40,642 nucleotides of DNA. Source: Octopus sinensis (lineage: Eukaryota). The position numbers and the translations under genes were made by a program. Below, piece by piece: positions 38,352-40,642 of this stretch. The notes under the pieces were generated by a model. That model saw nothing but the letters and a program-made list of their open reading frames with translations. It ran no database searches and was not told the DNA's origin. The stretch spans positions 1-40,642 of the forward strand of contig NW_021827585.1 in the NCBI RefSeq assembly GCF_006345805.1. Direction: 5' to 3'. Position 1 is the stretch's first letter; every line of letters starts with the position of its first letter.

Positions 38352-38612
38352 TACATATGTATGAGTGTGTGTGTGTGTGTGTGCGTGTTGTGGCATACAA
38401 CACACAGACAGAAACATAACATACACACACACACACACACACACACATATTTATATGAGTCGGATTAAATTTCCTCAGCTGCCTCTACCGCATATCTGTA
38501 ATTATGGTTTTTCCTGTTTTGTAGCATTAGACAGTGTAGAAGTAGAAACGCATAAAGAGCAATATTTCCATCCTCATCTCTATGGTTACCAGACAAATAA
38601 CAAATACAAAAT

Positions 38613-38669
<57 letters not shown>

Positions 38670-38794
38670 GCTGCTGCTGCTGCTGCTGCTACTACTACTA
38701 CTGCTATAACTAATAATAATAATAATAACGATGGTAATAATACTAATGATATTGATTATTATTATTATCATTATTATAGTTATTACTATTATGG

Positions 38795-38844
<50 letters not shown>

Positions 38845-39380
38845 TTATACCAAATAAACAGTGACGTAAAAAACAATGCAATAACACTTAATACTGCTAC
38901 CAACACCACAGCCATCATCCCTACTGCCCACACCATCAGCACCACCAGCAACACCATTACCTTAGCTACAATAACCATAAATATCGCTTCAGCATCACCA
39001 CCACCACCACGACAACAACATGATCATTACCATCAAGACAACCGTCATCTCTGCTACCACCATCATGATCACTGCTACATCACCTCCATCACTACAACTC
39101 ATACAACAGTAACAAATATTTAATGAACACCGAAGAAGAGGGATTATAAAGGAAGGTTTCACAAAACCAGGGTTTTCACAATGTTGTATAGGAAGTCGCT
39201 AAATGGAAACAAATAGCACGCAAAACGTAATGCAGAAGACTTTATTTCGTCACTTGCTCCTCTAGAAGTCTCAGCCAAATTTTACTCAAACAATACCCTG
39301 CTCTTTTATACATAGAAAGGTACTGTTAATCTTCTTTTTAAAAGGATGAATGTCCATAGCTGCTATGCGTTTGACCACTA

Positions 39381-39758
39381 GGCTCCGGCAGGGGATGGTG
39401 GTGAACCCTGCTGTACTCTTTCGCCTTTCTTCTTGTTTCTGTTGTACCTACATTTCAAAGGACCAGCCTTGTCACACTTTGTGTCACGCTGAATCTCCCC
39501 GAGAACTACGTTAAGGGTGCACATGTCTGTGGAGTGCTCAACCACTTGCACGTTAATAAATAAGTGCGACATCACTGGTACAAGCTGTATCGGCCTTCGC
39601 TTTTCCATTGGATAACATCGGTGGCGTGGAGAGGCTGAGGTTGGTATGCATGGGTGACTGCTGCTCTTCCATAAACAACCTTGCCCAGACTTGTGCCTCG
39701 GAGGGTAACTTTCTAGGTGCAATTCCATGGTCATTCATGACCGAAGGGGGTCACAACA
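39381..39758 (+). mobile_element. 5'-truncated SINE family A with tail type 4
   Basis: Matches 2704-2897 up to cacgttaat, then an unrelated ~200-bp tail. TSD tttga(c/t)cacta at 39370-39380 and 39759-39769. Confidence 0.85.
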
Positions 39759-40159
39759 TTTGATCACTATAAGCAAAATATTTGTATAGATCGTTCGGCT
39801 AACGCTAAATACTTATGCGCTTAAATGCAATCAATGAAGGTGAAGTACTGAAATGACAAACATTTTCGTTCAACCACCAACTTATTTCCTCTTGCAAGGG
39901 AGTAGGTGATAGAATAGGGTAAAAGAAGGTTAAAGGAGAAATATAGCAGGGTGAGAGTGACTATTTTGAAGCTGAATTAACTTAAAGGACATATTTCGTC
40001 AATATAAATATATATTCAAGACGAGCAAAATGCCCCATTTAAACCAAATTTTCTCAAAAGAACTTGTCCGACCATCCCATAGGCCTCCCCTTTGAGAAAC
40101 ACTGAGTTAACCTAAATTTGAGACACCAGCAAAAGAAGAAATAAAGATAGACTTTTTTC

Positions 40160-40374
40160 TATTCTAAGAAAAACGATTTTACAAATGCACGTTCCCACGG
40201 CTTTATCGATCGCATTCTCACCTGGAATCGATTTTTGTAATTTTTTCAAGACTTATACACGTCCTGATACAATCGGTATCTACATATCAAATTTGAGAGA
40301 GTCGGATGGAGGATGCCCGAGATCCTAGATGGCACACACGCATATACAGACAGAACGGATTTTATATAAGAGAT
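40160..40374 (+). mobile_element. Possible non-autonomous Helitron/Helentron-like 3' end
   Basis: ...caaatttg...gtcgg...gatcctag...acagacaga...ttttatataagagat resembles the layout of Lep1/DINE-type elements. Pattern recognition only. Confidence 0.3.
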
Positions 40375-40518
40375 AATACATATATGTATATGATAAGGTA
40401 GCACAATCCCTTGCGCTTTGAACAAAACTCTTAGCTGCTTTTCTTTAATTTCGGAGACTAAGATTTATTTCAGACAAATACTAGAGTTTATGTAACCAAC
40501 TTTATTATTTTTATTGGT

Positions 40519-40642
40519 AGTGAGCTGGCACATTCAATAGTGCATCAAACAAAATGCCCCGCATCATTACCTTCGGCTCTTTCGTCCTGTGTTCAAACAC
40601 TGCCGAGTCGATGAAATAGGCTTAAGCTGAGTACTAGGTTCG
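40519..40642 (+). mobile_element. Old SINE family B head, truncated by the window edge
   Basis: gtgagctggca...gtgttcaaacactgccgagtcga. Confidence 0.5.

Noticed and set aside
176-39738. Most ORF-track entries (poly-L, YI, CV, H, M runs) as genes
   Set aside because: They are translations of microsatellites or SINEs; simple repeats lack stops by construction.
40090-40104. hAT-like terminus tttgagaaacactg
   Set aside because: No convincing partner TIR or 8-bp TSD was found.

Overview
AT-rich, microsatellite-saturated eukaryotic non-coding DNA. The tRNA-SINE families and decayed LINE/mariner types strongly suggest an octopus (coleoid cephalopod) genome; this is inferred from recognising the repeats, not from a search. 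No intact host gene is supportable, and almost all ORF-track entries are translations of simple repeats. Real coding remnants are all transposon-derived: a DD37D (maT) transposase pseudogene (5016-5966), a 5'-truncated RTE LINE (6188-7332), an RLE-type (R4/Dong-like) LINE C-terminus split by nested insertions (~19960-21535), a Penelope-like GIY-YIG C-terminus (22366-22578, minus) and a mini-mariner (36760-36970). At least three tRNA-derived SINE families are present in many copies, several with clear target-site duplications (TSDs). The most interesting signal is a cluster of minimal type I hammerhead ribozyme motifs within ~9 kb (20.4-29.5 kb), all in Penelope-like fragments embedded in (TA)n tracts. 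It includes one canonical copy, a U3-A8 covariant present on both strands of a 400-bp palindrome, and two degenerate copies, one of them inside a triple-nested inverted-repeat structure.
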